Assembly (NCBI GenBank): GCA_964530135.1
Contig: CAZGXN010000007.1
Coordinates: 2,576 to 66,575 of the forward strand
Direction of reading: 5' to 3'
DNA from: an uncultured Bdellovibrionales bacterium
Lineage (GTDB): Bacteria; Patescibacteriota; Minisyncoccia; Moranbacterales; UBA1568
Length of the DNA stretch: 64,000 bases
The notes beneath the pieces are model-generated. The model did not search any database. It was not told the origin of the DNA and saw only the letters and a list, made by a program, of their open reading frames with translations. Positions 56,645 to 64,000 of this stretch are shown in pieces. Each line of letters begins with the position of its first letter. The stretch's first letter is position 1. The position numbers and the translations under genes were made by a program.

Positions 56645-57112
56645 TTATACAGAGATAGGGACAATGACAACTTTCGGGGTCTGACCGGCGGCCCGGGCGA
56701 GCATGAGCCGGGTATTGCCCGATACCAGGTGCAGGATATTTCCATATCGAACAATGATCGGAGCGCTGATCGTCGCTCCCTGATTGATCGATCTCACTTG
56801 CGAAATGACTCGCGCTTGGTAATCTCGATTCTGTGACTCGACGCATTCGCGAATGGGAGCGTAGTCGCCGAGCGCGACATCGAATGAATCAGTATTCTCG
56901 AGCTCTCGCCACAAGTCTTCAGACAAATCAAGCATTTCTGCCTGCGTAGCGCGCTCGGAAAGCGCTTGCTTGATTCTCAATGCATCTTCCGGTGTTTTCC
57001 CGAAATGGTCCGCCACCCGATCGATTTCGCCCATTTCATACGCGATATCCGGCTTCGTCCAGCGTATCTGAGAGAAAATTTTCTCTTCCTCAGGCTGTTG
57101 TTCAAAATTCAT
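56645..57112 (-). CDS. hypothetical protein with C-terminal ParB/sulfiredoxin-like domain
   Basis: C-terminal ISAPIIVRYGNILHLVSGNTRLMLARAAGQTPKVVIV resembles ParB N-domain core (PIxVr...Y.LvxGxxRlxAaxxaG). Confidence 0.55.
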   Translation of the reverse strand: MNFEQQPEEEKIFSQIRWTKPDIAYEMGEIDRVADHFGKTPEDALRIKQALSERATQAEMLDLSEDLWRELENTDSFDVALGDYAPIRECVESQNRDYQARVISQVRSINQGATISAPIIVRYGNILHLVSGNTRLMLARAAGQTPKVVIVPISV

Positions 57113-57115
57113 AGG

Positions 57116-58768
57116 CTATCCCTTTTTCTTGGTACTCGCCTTGATGAACGCATTGAAGATCGGATGCGGCTTCAGGATCGATGATTGGAATTCCGGATGG
57201 AATTGGACACCCACAAAAAATGGATGCACCGACTTGGGCAGCTCAGCGATCTCCATCAGCACGCCGTCTGGCGAAGTGCCTGAGAAGACGAGTCCGGCGT
57301 CACGGAGCTGTGCGACATATTCCGGATTCACCTCATAACGATGGCGGTGGCGCTCGATGATTTTCCTTGTCCCGTAGGCTGCTTCCGCCAATGTCCCTTT
57401 GACGAGCACGGCGGGATATTCACCGAGACGCATCGTACCACCATAATCTTTGCGGGCCAGCTTTGCTTTCTGCTCGGGCAAGATATCGATGACCGGATGC
57501 GGTGTCTTTGCATCGACCTCTACCGTGTTGGCGCCCGTGAGCCGAGCGATATGCCGAGCATATTCAATGACGGCAAGTTGCATCCCGTAGCAAATGCCGA
57601 AATACGGGATCTTTTTCTTCCGACAATACTCGATTGCGAGGATTTTTCCTTCGACCCCACGCGCACCGAAACCACCCGGGATAAGTACGCCATCAAAAGA
57701 GGAAAGTTCACGCAATCGTTTTGGATCCCGCTCGTACTCCGATGAATCGATCCAGGTCAATTCCGGCTTTCGGTGGTTGTTATAGGCCGCATGTTTGAGC
57801 GATTCGATGACACTGATATATGCATCTGAGAGGACGAAATCACCGGTCTTGAAATACTTTCCCACGACCGCAATTTTGACTCTTTGCTTCAGGTGTTTAA
57901 TTCCAGAAACTTTTTTCTTCCAAGGAGCCAGGGTCGACTTCCGCGACTTCAAGTGCAGCCGTTCCAGGATGGCATCTGACAGTTTATCTTTCTCAAAATT
58001 GATCGGCACATCATAGATACTCTCAACATCCGGCGCACTGATGACCGCCTCCGACCGGATACTGCAGGAAACAGCGATCTTTTCTTTGCGCTGTTCATCG
58101 AGCGGCCGCTCGGCCCGAGCGATAATGAAGTCTGCCTGAATACCGGCGCTATTGAGCGTCCGAGAGGCGTATTGTGTCGGCTTTGTCTTCATCTCCCCGA
58201 TCTTGTTTGGAATCGGAAGATAGGAAACCAAGACAAACAGTACACTATTTGGGTCTTCCGTCTTCATCATTCTGGCAGCTTCGAGAAAGAGAATGTTCTG
58301 ATACTCCCCGATTGTCCCGCCAATTTCGATAATAGTTACATCGGCATCGGCTTTTTCCGCTGCCCGACGAATAGTCCCGATAACCTCAAGCGGGATATGT
58401 GGTACAACCTCCACACACTTACCGTGATACCCCAAATTCCGTTCCCGATCGATGACCCGCTGATACACCGAACCTGTTGTCATGTAGTTATCCCGCGAAA
58501 GCCGAAGTCCCAGAAAGCGTTCATAATTGCCCATATCCTGATCGGTCTCATAGCCATCAGCCAGGACAAAGACTTCACCATGTTCCGTCGGATTCATCGT
58601 CCCAGCATCGACATTGATATAGGGATCAATCTTGAGCGCTGTCACAGAAAGACCGCGGGCCTGAAGAATCTTACCGATCGATGATGTAGCCACTCCTTTG
58701 CCCACCCCACTCATCACGCCTCCTCCGACAAAAATATATTTTCTCGCTGGCCGCTGTGCATCTTTCAT
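57116..58768 (-). CDS. pyrG: CTP synthase
   Basis: YIFVGGGVMSGVGKGVATSSIGKIL N-terminus, GATase domain GICYGMQLAVIEYAR...HRHRYEVNP. Confidence 0.96.
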   Translation of the reverse strand: MKDAQRPARKYIFVGGGVMSGVGKGVATSSIGKILQARGLSVTALKIDPYINVDAGTMNPTEHGEVFVLADGYETDQDMGNYERFLGLRLSRDNYMTTGSVYQRVIDRERNLGYHGKCVEVVPHIPLEVIGTIRRAAEKADADVTIIEIGGTIGEYQNILFLEAARMMKTEDPNSVLFVLVSYLPIPNKIGEMKTKPTQYASRTLNSAGIQADFIIARAERPLDEQRKEKIAVSCSIRSEAVISAPDVESIYDVPINFEKDKLSDAILERLHLKSRKSTLAPWKKKVSGIKHLKQRVKIAVVGKYFKTGDFVLSDAYISVIESLKHAAYNNHRKPELTWIDSSEYERDPKRLRELSSFDGVLIPGGFGARGVEGKILAIEYCRKKKIPYFGICYGMQLAVIEYARHIARLTGANTVEVDAKTPHPVIDILPEQKAKLARKDYGGTMRLGEYPAVLVKGTLAEAAYGTRKIIERHRHRYEVNPEYVAQLRDAGLVFSGTSPDGVLMEIAELPKSVHPFFVGVQFHPEFQSSILKPHPIFNAFIKASTKKKG

Positions 58769-58842
58769 ACGATTTTTATTATTTATAGAGAAAGAGCCGC
58801 CTTCAGATGGAAGAACGGCTCTTTTTCAAAGAATCAAAAATT

Positions 58843-59280
58843 TTAGCCAGCCACGACAGAAACCAGGACCTTCGCTTTTGATTGACCCATTTCGAGCGAT
58901 ACACCATGAACACCAACAGTTTTGATTGGATGCTCGAGACGGATCATCTCTTCTACGATAGTAATCCCTTGCGCTTTCGCCGCACTGATAATATCAGTGG
59001 CTGCAACAGAACCAAAAAGCTTCCCTTCGGTGGCTTTCGCTGAAATGGTCAAAGTTACACCATCGAGCTGCTTCAGTGCCGCTGAGAGTTCGGCAGTTTT
59101 TTCCCGTTTCTCTGCTCCGCGTTTTTCCAGCGACCGCTCTACTGATTTTACCATGCCCGCCGTCGCGAGTTCTGCCAACCCTTCAGGAAGAAGAAAATTA
59201 AATGCAAAGCCTTTTTTGACTTCCTTGATATCCCCCGCCCGCCCGAGGTTTGGCACATCTGAGACAAGTATAACTTTCAT
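58843..59280 (-). CDS. rplI: 50S ribosomal protein L9
   Basis: MKVILVSDVPNLGRAGDIKEVKKGFAFNFLLP matches bL9; start at MKVILV (59280). Confidence 0.9.
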   Translation of the reverse strand: MKVILVSDVPNLGRAGDIKEVKKGFAFNFLLPEGLAELATAGMVKSVERSLEKRGAEKREKTAELSAALKQLDGVTLTISAKATEGKLFGSVAATDIISAAKAQGITIVEEMIRLEHPIKTVGVHGVSLEMGQSKAKVLVSVVAG

Positions 59281-59412
59281 AAATTCCAACATGTGAAAAC
59301 TTATGCTCTATCTTAGCGTTAAAAGAGCTCATTGGCAAGAGGGTCTACGACATAAAGAAAAGTCCGCCAAACCATGATGGAACAGCGGACAAAAGAGAGG
59401 GGAAATTTTTCC

Positions 59413-60297
59413 CTATTGATTTTTCGGTGAAAGGATCTGAAAATCCAGTCGAAGAACGGTTCGGTTGTCAAAAATCCGCGATCGTCCGACAGGCAATCGG
59501 TCGCTGCATTGCAGCTGATAGAGTGTCGAGACGCCCACCACCGTCGCGTTGACTCCGAGCGTATCCTCGATAAGTTTCACGCATATTTGGATATCCGCAG
59601 TGATGGCGCGTGTGAGCATCGGTGCGACAATCAGTACCCGTCGATTCCGGAGTAGCGTGCCCGCATCTCGAGGAGAGGCAAAGTACCACCGCCCGCCTTT
59701 TGACCGATCGTCCCTGCGTTCAAGGGTGAGAAAAGCAACTGGTCGAGTTTCATTTTCACCGAAGGGATATGGTGGCAATAGCCGAGCGATGCCATAGGCC
59801 AGTACGCTGCCATACCCTCCAAGCCCGATAACTGCCGAAATTTTCTTGTTTCCCCCACTGTAGGGTTGGGCCAGCAATCGGCAGAATTGCTCGACATCAG
59901 CCGGCATCACAAACAATTTGTGCAGTACCGACTCGATATCAAAGTCGACACCCGCGGCCAGTTTGGCATCACCCAACAGACGAAAGAGTTTCGCCTGAAG
60001 AGCAACTGTATCAATTGGCTCTTCGGCCGGCGGAGCAGCTTGTCCCGAGGGTGGGTTTGACTGAGGCAAAGAAACTATCGGTGTCGGATCAGAAACTGAA
60101 GGCCTGACTGATCCCGTTAAGAGGATCTCTGGCGGCGAAGTTCTCTCACTCGCTCCCCGATCGGTTTCAGGAATACTCGTTTTCGGCACATCATCACCCC
60201 CCTGTACCGTCTGACGGAAGGTCATACGGCGTAACAAACGAGTCGTCAACCATTCTGGCAACCACTCGCGCGAGAGCGCTTGAGGAAAACCTTGCAT
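59413..60297 (-). CDS. hypothetical protein: Pro-rich N-terminus plus degenerate type-I phosphoribosyltransferase-like fold
   Basis: APRT-like KISAVIGLGGYGSVLAYGIARLL and RRVLIVAPMLTRAITA in place of the acidic PRPP loop (VLIVDDxxxTGGT). Confidence 0.5.
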   Translation of the reverse strand: MQGFPQALSREWLPEWLTTRLLRRMTFRQTVQGGDDVPKTSIPETDRGASERTSPPEILLTGSVRPSVSDPTPIVSLPQSNPPSGQAAPPAEEPIDTVALQAKLFRLLGDAKLAAGVDFDIESVLHKLFVMPADVEQFCRLLAQPYSGGNKKISAVIGLGGYGSVLAYGIARLLPPYPFGENETRPVAFLTLERRDDRSKGGRWYFASPRDAGTLLRNRRVLIVAPMLTRAITADIQICVKLIEDTLGVNATVVGVSTLYQLQCSDRLPVGRSRIFDNRTVLRLDFQILSPKNQ

Positions 60298-60406
60298 GAG
60301 AAAATCCTTTCGAGAAAGATCACACAGAGACGCTGTGCACGCTTTTGAACAAAAGAACAGACTACGATTATTACACCGATGCCTCGATTTGTCAATGTTT
60401 CTTATC

Positions 60407-61456
60407 TCAGAGAATCAACATACTATCTCCAAACGAATAAAAGGAATATCGTTCGCGAATCGCCAATTGATAGAGTTCGACAATACTTCGCCGAGCGCCC
60501 TTATCCTGCAAAAATGCATCCACAAGGAACATCAGTGAGGTCTGAGGTAGGTGAAAGTTTGTTACAAGAATATCCACCGCTCGAAATCGGTGGGGCGGAA
60601 AAATAAAGGTATCAATCAAGCCCTGGAATGGCTGAATCGAACCCGTCTGCCCGAGTGTCTCAAGTGTTCGGGTAACGGTCGTCCCAACCGCTACGCATGG
60701 CTTCCTCGCTTGTTGTGCCATCGATAGCTTTTGAGCGACTTGCGTTGAAACGGTTACAAACTCAGGGTGGAGTTTTTTGGTTTCAAAATTCTTTTCGGAA
60801 AGCGGAGCAAATGTCCCTAATCCAATATCGAGCGTAAGCGTGGTCTGCTCAATCCCCTTTTGTTTCAGCATCCGAAACACCGTCTCAGTAAAATGAAGCG
60901 AAGCGGTTGGAGCGGCAACGGAGGCACCCGTATGCGCGAAGACCGTCTGATAGCGCGCCCGAAGAGCAGCTTCATCCACCGGATCACCCTCGAGATAATG
61001 CGGGATAGGGGTCGTACCAAATTCCTCAAGCAGTTCAAACAAAGTTTTTTTACTCTCCAATCGAAAGAAAAATTTCTGTTCCTCTTGTCGTTCGACGATG
61101 AATCGATCACCATTTGGAAATCGAAGTTGGTCTCCGATGCTGACTTTCCGATCTACCAGTGCCGGAATACATGCAGTGCCGGTCCATTCATTGACGAGAA
61201 CAAACACTTCGATTTTGCCGCCGGTCGGTTTCCGAAGCCAAAGCCGAGCAGGTCGAACCCGGGTATCATTCAGAACGACCACTGATTCTTTGGGGAGGTA
61301 ATCGGCGATATTTCGAAACACATCATAACGCACTGTATCGGTCGCAGTGTCGTACACAAAAAGCCGCGCACTGTCCCGAATTGCAAGCGGAACCTTTCGG
61401 ATAAGCTCGGGCGGAAGCGTGTAATCGTAATCAGAGCTAAAATCAGCTAACGACAT
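60407..61456 (-). CDS. queA: S-adenosylmethionine:tRNA ribosyltransferase-isomerase
   Basis: MSLADFSSDYDYTLPPELIRKVP, SRLFVYD, VVLNDTRVRPARL; start MSLADF (61456). Confidence 0.92.
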   Translation of the reverse strand: MSLADFSSDYDYTLPPELIRKVPLAIRDSARLFVYDTATDTVRYDVFRNIADYLPKESVVVLNDTRVRPARLWLRKPTGGKIEVFVLVNEWTGTACIPALVDRKVSIGDQLRFPNGDRFIVERQEEQKFFFRLESKKTLFELLEEFGTTPIPHYLEGDPVDEAALRARYQTVFAHTGASVAAPTASLHFTETVFRMLKQKGIEQTTLTLDIGLGTFAPLSEKNFETKKLHPEFVTVSTQVAQKLSMAQQARKPCVAVGTTVTRTLETLGQTGSIQPFQGLIDTFIFPPHRFRAVDILVTNFHLPQTSLMFLVDAFLQDKGARRSIVELYQLAIRERYSFYSFGDSMLIL

Positions 61457-61549
61457 AAATTGTAGTATATCAAAAAAGAAAAACGGGGACCGTAGCGTAT
61501 GCAATAACAGACGCTTGGTACCCCGATCAAACTCAATCAAATGCAAGAG

Positions 61550-62287
61550 TCAGTGAGTCGCCAGATAGGCTTCGATATCACCGACCAAAGCCGGACTGAT
61601 TCGACTGCTCTTCACGCAGAGATTCAGGAGCTCTGGCAGCTTGAACACTGAATGCAGCGTGTAACCCAACTTCGCCAGTTTTTCTCGACCACCTTGCCCC
61701 CGATCAACGAGTACAATGATATCTCGTACCGTCAGACCAGCTTCCTCGAGCAAGCGTATCGTTTCAAACTTGCTTTCGGCGTCAGACACTACATCATCAA
61801 TAACAATGGCCGTCATACCCCGACGATTGACCTGACTGGCCAGAGTGATGACTGGTCGTCTGCTGCTCGGTATCTTTTCCTTGATCATTCGCAAGAGCGC
61901 ATGCGGAACCCCGAGCTCCCTTGCAAATGCTTCAGCGAAAGGACCCCCCGCATTGGGTACACCCGCCACCAAATGATAGTCAAGCTCTCGCAACGACACC
62001 AGCCGATTCATACAGGCAGCAGCCATATCAACAATCTCGGATGTCAGCGGACCAGGATTGGGATTGTCTGGTGTCCGGAGATTGAGATAAATCGGTGACA
62101 GTGGTGCCTTTGGACTCTTTTCGTGGTGCCTGAGATGAAAGCCGCGCTCTGGACCATGGGGGCCATCACGCGTGATGACGCGCGGATGATCGGATTCGCT
62201 CGTCAGGACAGCACCCGCATCGATGAGTGCCCAAGCCAGTCGCCGACGGAGTTCATCAAAACTCAAAAAATTTCCTTGCAGAGTCAT
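61550..62287 (-). CDS. type-I phosphoribosyltransferase, orotate PRTase (PyrE)-like
   Basis: PRPP loop TAIVIDDVVSDAESK, C-terminal IIVLVDRGQGGREKLAKLGY resembles OPRTase; assignment to pyrE not certain. Confidence 0.65.
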   Translation of the reverse strand: MTLQGNFLSFDELRRRLAWALIDAGAVLTSESDHPRVITRDGPHGPERGFHLRHHEKSPKAPLSPIYLNLRTPDNPNPGPLTSEIVDMAAACMNRLVSLRELDYHLVAGVPNAGGPFAEAFARELGVPHALLRMIKEKIPSSRRPVITLASQVNRRGMTAIVIDDVVSDAESKFETIRLLEEAGLTVRDIIVLVDRGQGGREKLAKLGYTLHSVFKLPELLNLCVKSSRISPALVGDIEAYLATH

Positions 62288-62448
62288 ACCGCTCTCCTTT
62301 TACGCCTGGTTCAGAGGCATTGAGGGTTGTGAAAACACTGTGAATCAAGTTGTAAATGTGCTATTCTAAGCCAAAAGTTGGCTCAATTGGCAGGGCTAGA
62401 CTAGCACAATCTCCCATAAACGTCAACACTCGACTGATTCCTATTGAT

Positions 62449-64000
62449 ATGTTTTTTCTCACACTTCTCTTGTTGTCCGGCTTCTCGCTCTTCGTTGCCA
62501 ATACCTGGTTCCACTACCACATCCTGGGCACTGGCGACCATTGGTTATGGATCGCTTTCCCTCTTGCCGTCTACGGGGTTATTGCCGGCGGCGTAGCGTT
62601 TCTCCTGTCACGCTCGAAAGAGCCGCATCGCCCCTCCCCGCTTTCCCTTTTTACTTTTCTTCTCATTACTCTCTTCATCATCTTCAATGCCCAGGTTTTT
62701 CTTCGTCCGATGTTCGTTACCGGAATGTCGCTTTTCCCGGGGCTCGGAGTCATCGCGGCTAATCTCTCCTTCGGGAAGATGATATTTTCAGTGCTCGCCA
62801 TGTATGGGATACTCACTCTCCTTTTCACTTCAACCGGCAGTTTGATATTCCGCCTCACCCGTTTCTCACATCAGATCGCATCAGTCCGACCCGATCTGCT
62901 CTTTACCCTTCGATTCATCACCGGCCTCGGAGTCTGGGTCGGGATCCTCATCCTCTATCACTGGATCGGACTCCTCGGTACCCGGCCGCTGTTATATACC
63001 GCCGTGGTCATCTTTCTTCTTGAATACCGCCGGCTCACGGATATCGTGAGGGCGTGCCTGCAGAAGTCCGAACTTCCGGTTACACGCGATCCTTTCAGTC
63101 TGCTGATCGGCATTTTCCTCCTCTTCCTTATCGCATTCAATATCGCCGAAACTGTCCGTCCGCTTCCCACCGGATACGACGACATGATCCACTACATGAA
63201 TCGCGTAACGCTCATGACCGAACGACAGTCGCTCCTCGAAAAAGCGTCACTCTATGATTTTGAGCTTCTCGCAGCCGGTATCAGCATCGCGACGGGCGAA
63301 TCAGGACCGGGGCAGCAACGATTTGCTCTCTCATTCGGCGCGTACGGACTCCTCATCGGTACACTCTTCATCTTCCTTTTCGGCCGCGCCCTCTTCGGTT
63401 TTCGGGCTGGATTGGTAGCTGCGGCGATCTTCCTTTCTGCCCCGATGGGTCCGGCGCTAGCGCTTCTCGAGACGAAACCCGATTCGCTACTCATGCCGAT
63501 TGTTATCGCCATGGTCTGGTTTCTCCTCGAAGCCGAACGGTCGAAAAATACAGCCGTTCTGTATCTCGCCTGTTACAGTTTCGGTCTCGTCATGGGTACG
63601 AAACTGACCGGGGCGATCTTTGCTCCCGGACTCGCGTTCGGATTCCTCTTCATCGTTTGGACCGGACATCTAAGCTGGTTCAAAACGATACGGACCGCTC
63701 TCTTCAGCCTCTTCTTTTTCTCCCTGGCGTTCGCTCCATGGCTCTTGCATGGTGAATTGGAGAAAGCTCGGGCATACCTCCATCCCGATACCCAAACGAC
63801 ACTCAACGAAGATTTGAGCCAAGAACTCTGGGGCAATGGAGGGAAATGCTCCTTTCTCGGCCAGACAGAAGATATGCTACGTTTCGATCCTGAACCGGGC
63901 TGGAGCCTGAAGGAAATCGTCATGGCGCCGTGGCACATGACCATGAACCGTTATGTCAGCCTCTTCGCGACAGAGGCCGGTTTCCTTTATCTCGCTATCT
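62449..64000 (+). CDS. polytopic membrane protein, 3' end outside window (>515 aa; GT-C-like glycosyltransferase/mannosyltransferase-type topology possible)
   Basis: Manual translation from ATG 62449 runs without stop to 64000; >12 hydrophobic helices; absent from supplied ORF track because no stop codon lies inside the window. Confidence 0.6.
   Translation, partial: MFFLTLLLLSGFSLFVANTWFHYHILGTGDHWLWIAFPLAVYGVIAGGVAFLLSRSKEPHRPSPLSLFTFLLITLFIIFNAQVFLRPMFVTGMSLFPGLGVIAANLSFGKMIFSVLAMYGILTLLFTSTGSLIFRLTRFSHQIASVRPDLLFTLRFITGLGVWVGILILYHWIGLLGTRPLLYTAVVIFLLEYRRLTDIVRACLQKSELPVTRDPFSLLIGIFLLFLIAFNIAETVRPLPTGYDDMIHYMNRVTLMTERQSLLEKASLYDFELLAAGISIATGESGPGQQRFALSFGAYGLLIGTLFIFLFGRALFGFRAGLVAAAIFLSAPMGPALALLETKPDSLLMPIVIAMVWFLLEAERSKNTAVLYLACYSFGLVMGTKLTGAIFAPGLAFGFLFIVWTGHLSWFKTIRTALFSLFFFSLAFAPWLLHGELEKARAYLHPDTQTTLNEDLSQELWGNGGKCSFLGQTEDMLRFDPEPGWSLKEIVMAPWHMTMNRYVSLFATEAGFLYLAI

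Noticed and set aside
1-64000. CRISPR arrays, rRNA genes, transposases/integrases, restriction-modification or toxin-antitoxin pairs
   Set aside because: None seen on reading both strands. The only exact repeat found is the 27-bp pair at 20607 and 21333.
583-64000. Numerous 60-150-aa track ORFs on the strand opposite to, or out of frame within, large conserved genes (e.g. 583..852, 13550..13888, 32690..33094, 44474..45211, 47608..47979)
   Set aside because: These are shadow ORFs inside well-supported genes, with low-complexity or Arg/Ser/Pro-rich translations and no independent signals.

Overview
This 64-kb window is a gene-dense stretch of bacterial chromosome, about 90% coding, made up mostly of housekeeping genes. 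The gene content (def-fmt-priA, gltX, cysS, alaS, dnaB, recR, dnaK operon, eno, pgk, mraY, pyrG, queA, ftsEX, scpAB), the many bitopic hypothetical proteins and several domain losses or fusions suggest a small-genome uncultivated lineage, possibly CPR/Patescibacteria-like; that guess is low confidence. Main blocks in order: (1) a cell-envelope glycopolymer cluster at 1-5332 (GT1, Wzy/O-antigen-ligase-like, GT1, LCP, GT2), followed by CtpA and a monocistronic groES with a CIRCE-like operator. (2) rhodanese, fmt, def and priA on the minus strand. (3) thpR, a TagA-like GT, gltX and an M23 peptidase. (4) a long AT-rich non-coding stretch, then a divergent GGDEF cyclase and Cas4-like PD-(D/E)XK nuclease pair. 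(5) an AT-richer islet at 19980-22461 lying at the 3' end of tRNA-Gln(CUG) and containing a half-size MFS gene bracketed by a perfect 27-bp direct repeat. (6) an HD-domain alarmone-hydrolase-like gene, ftsX, ftsE, and prfB with the classic CTT-TGA-C +1 frameshift site, then tRNA-Thr(CGU). (7) extracytoplasmic thiol-oxidoreductase-like and GNAT genes. (8) a CIRCE-controlled hrcA-grpE-hsp20-dnaK operon in which GrpE carries an N-terminal NUDIX domain. (9) yidD, corA, cysS, dnaB, recR, rplU, a short alaS, a division-like block with ftsA, eno, pgk, mraY, a DD-carboxypeptidase, scpBA, MFS, rpmA, a ParB-like gene, pyrG, rplI, queA and a PRTase. (10) a long membrane-protein ORF running off the right edge, which is missing from the supplied ORF track because it has no stop codon in the window. 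No CRISPR array, rRNA, transposase or integrase was seen. I found no single compelling new multi-gene system. The most unusual items are the repeat-bracketed islet next to tRNA-Gln, the NUDIX-GrpE fusion, an ATPase-dead PriA and the GGDEF-nuclease pair. All coordinates were read by eye and may be off by 1-2 nt; no searches or computations were run.
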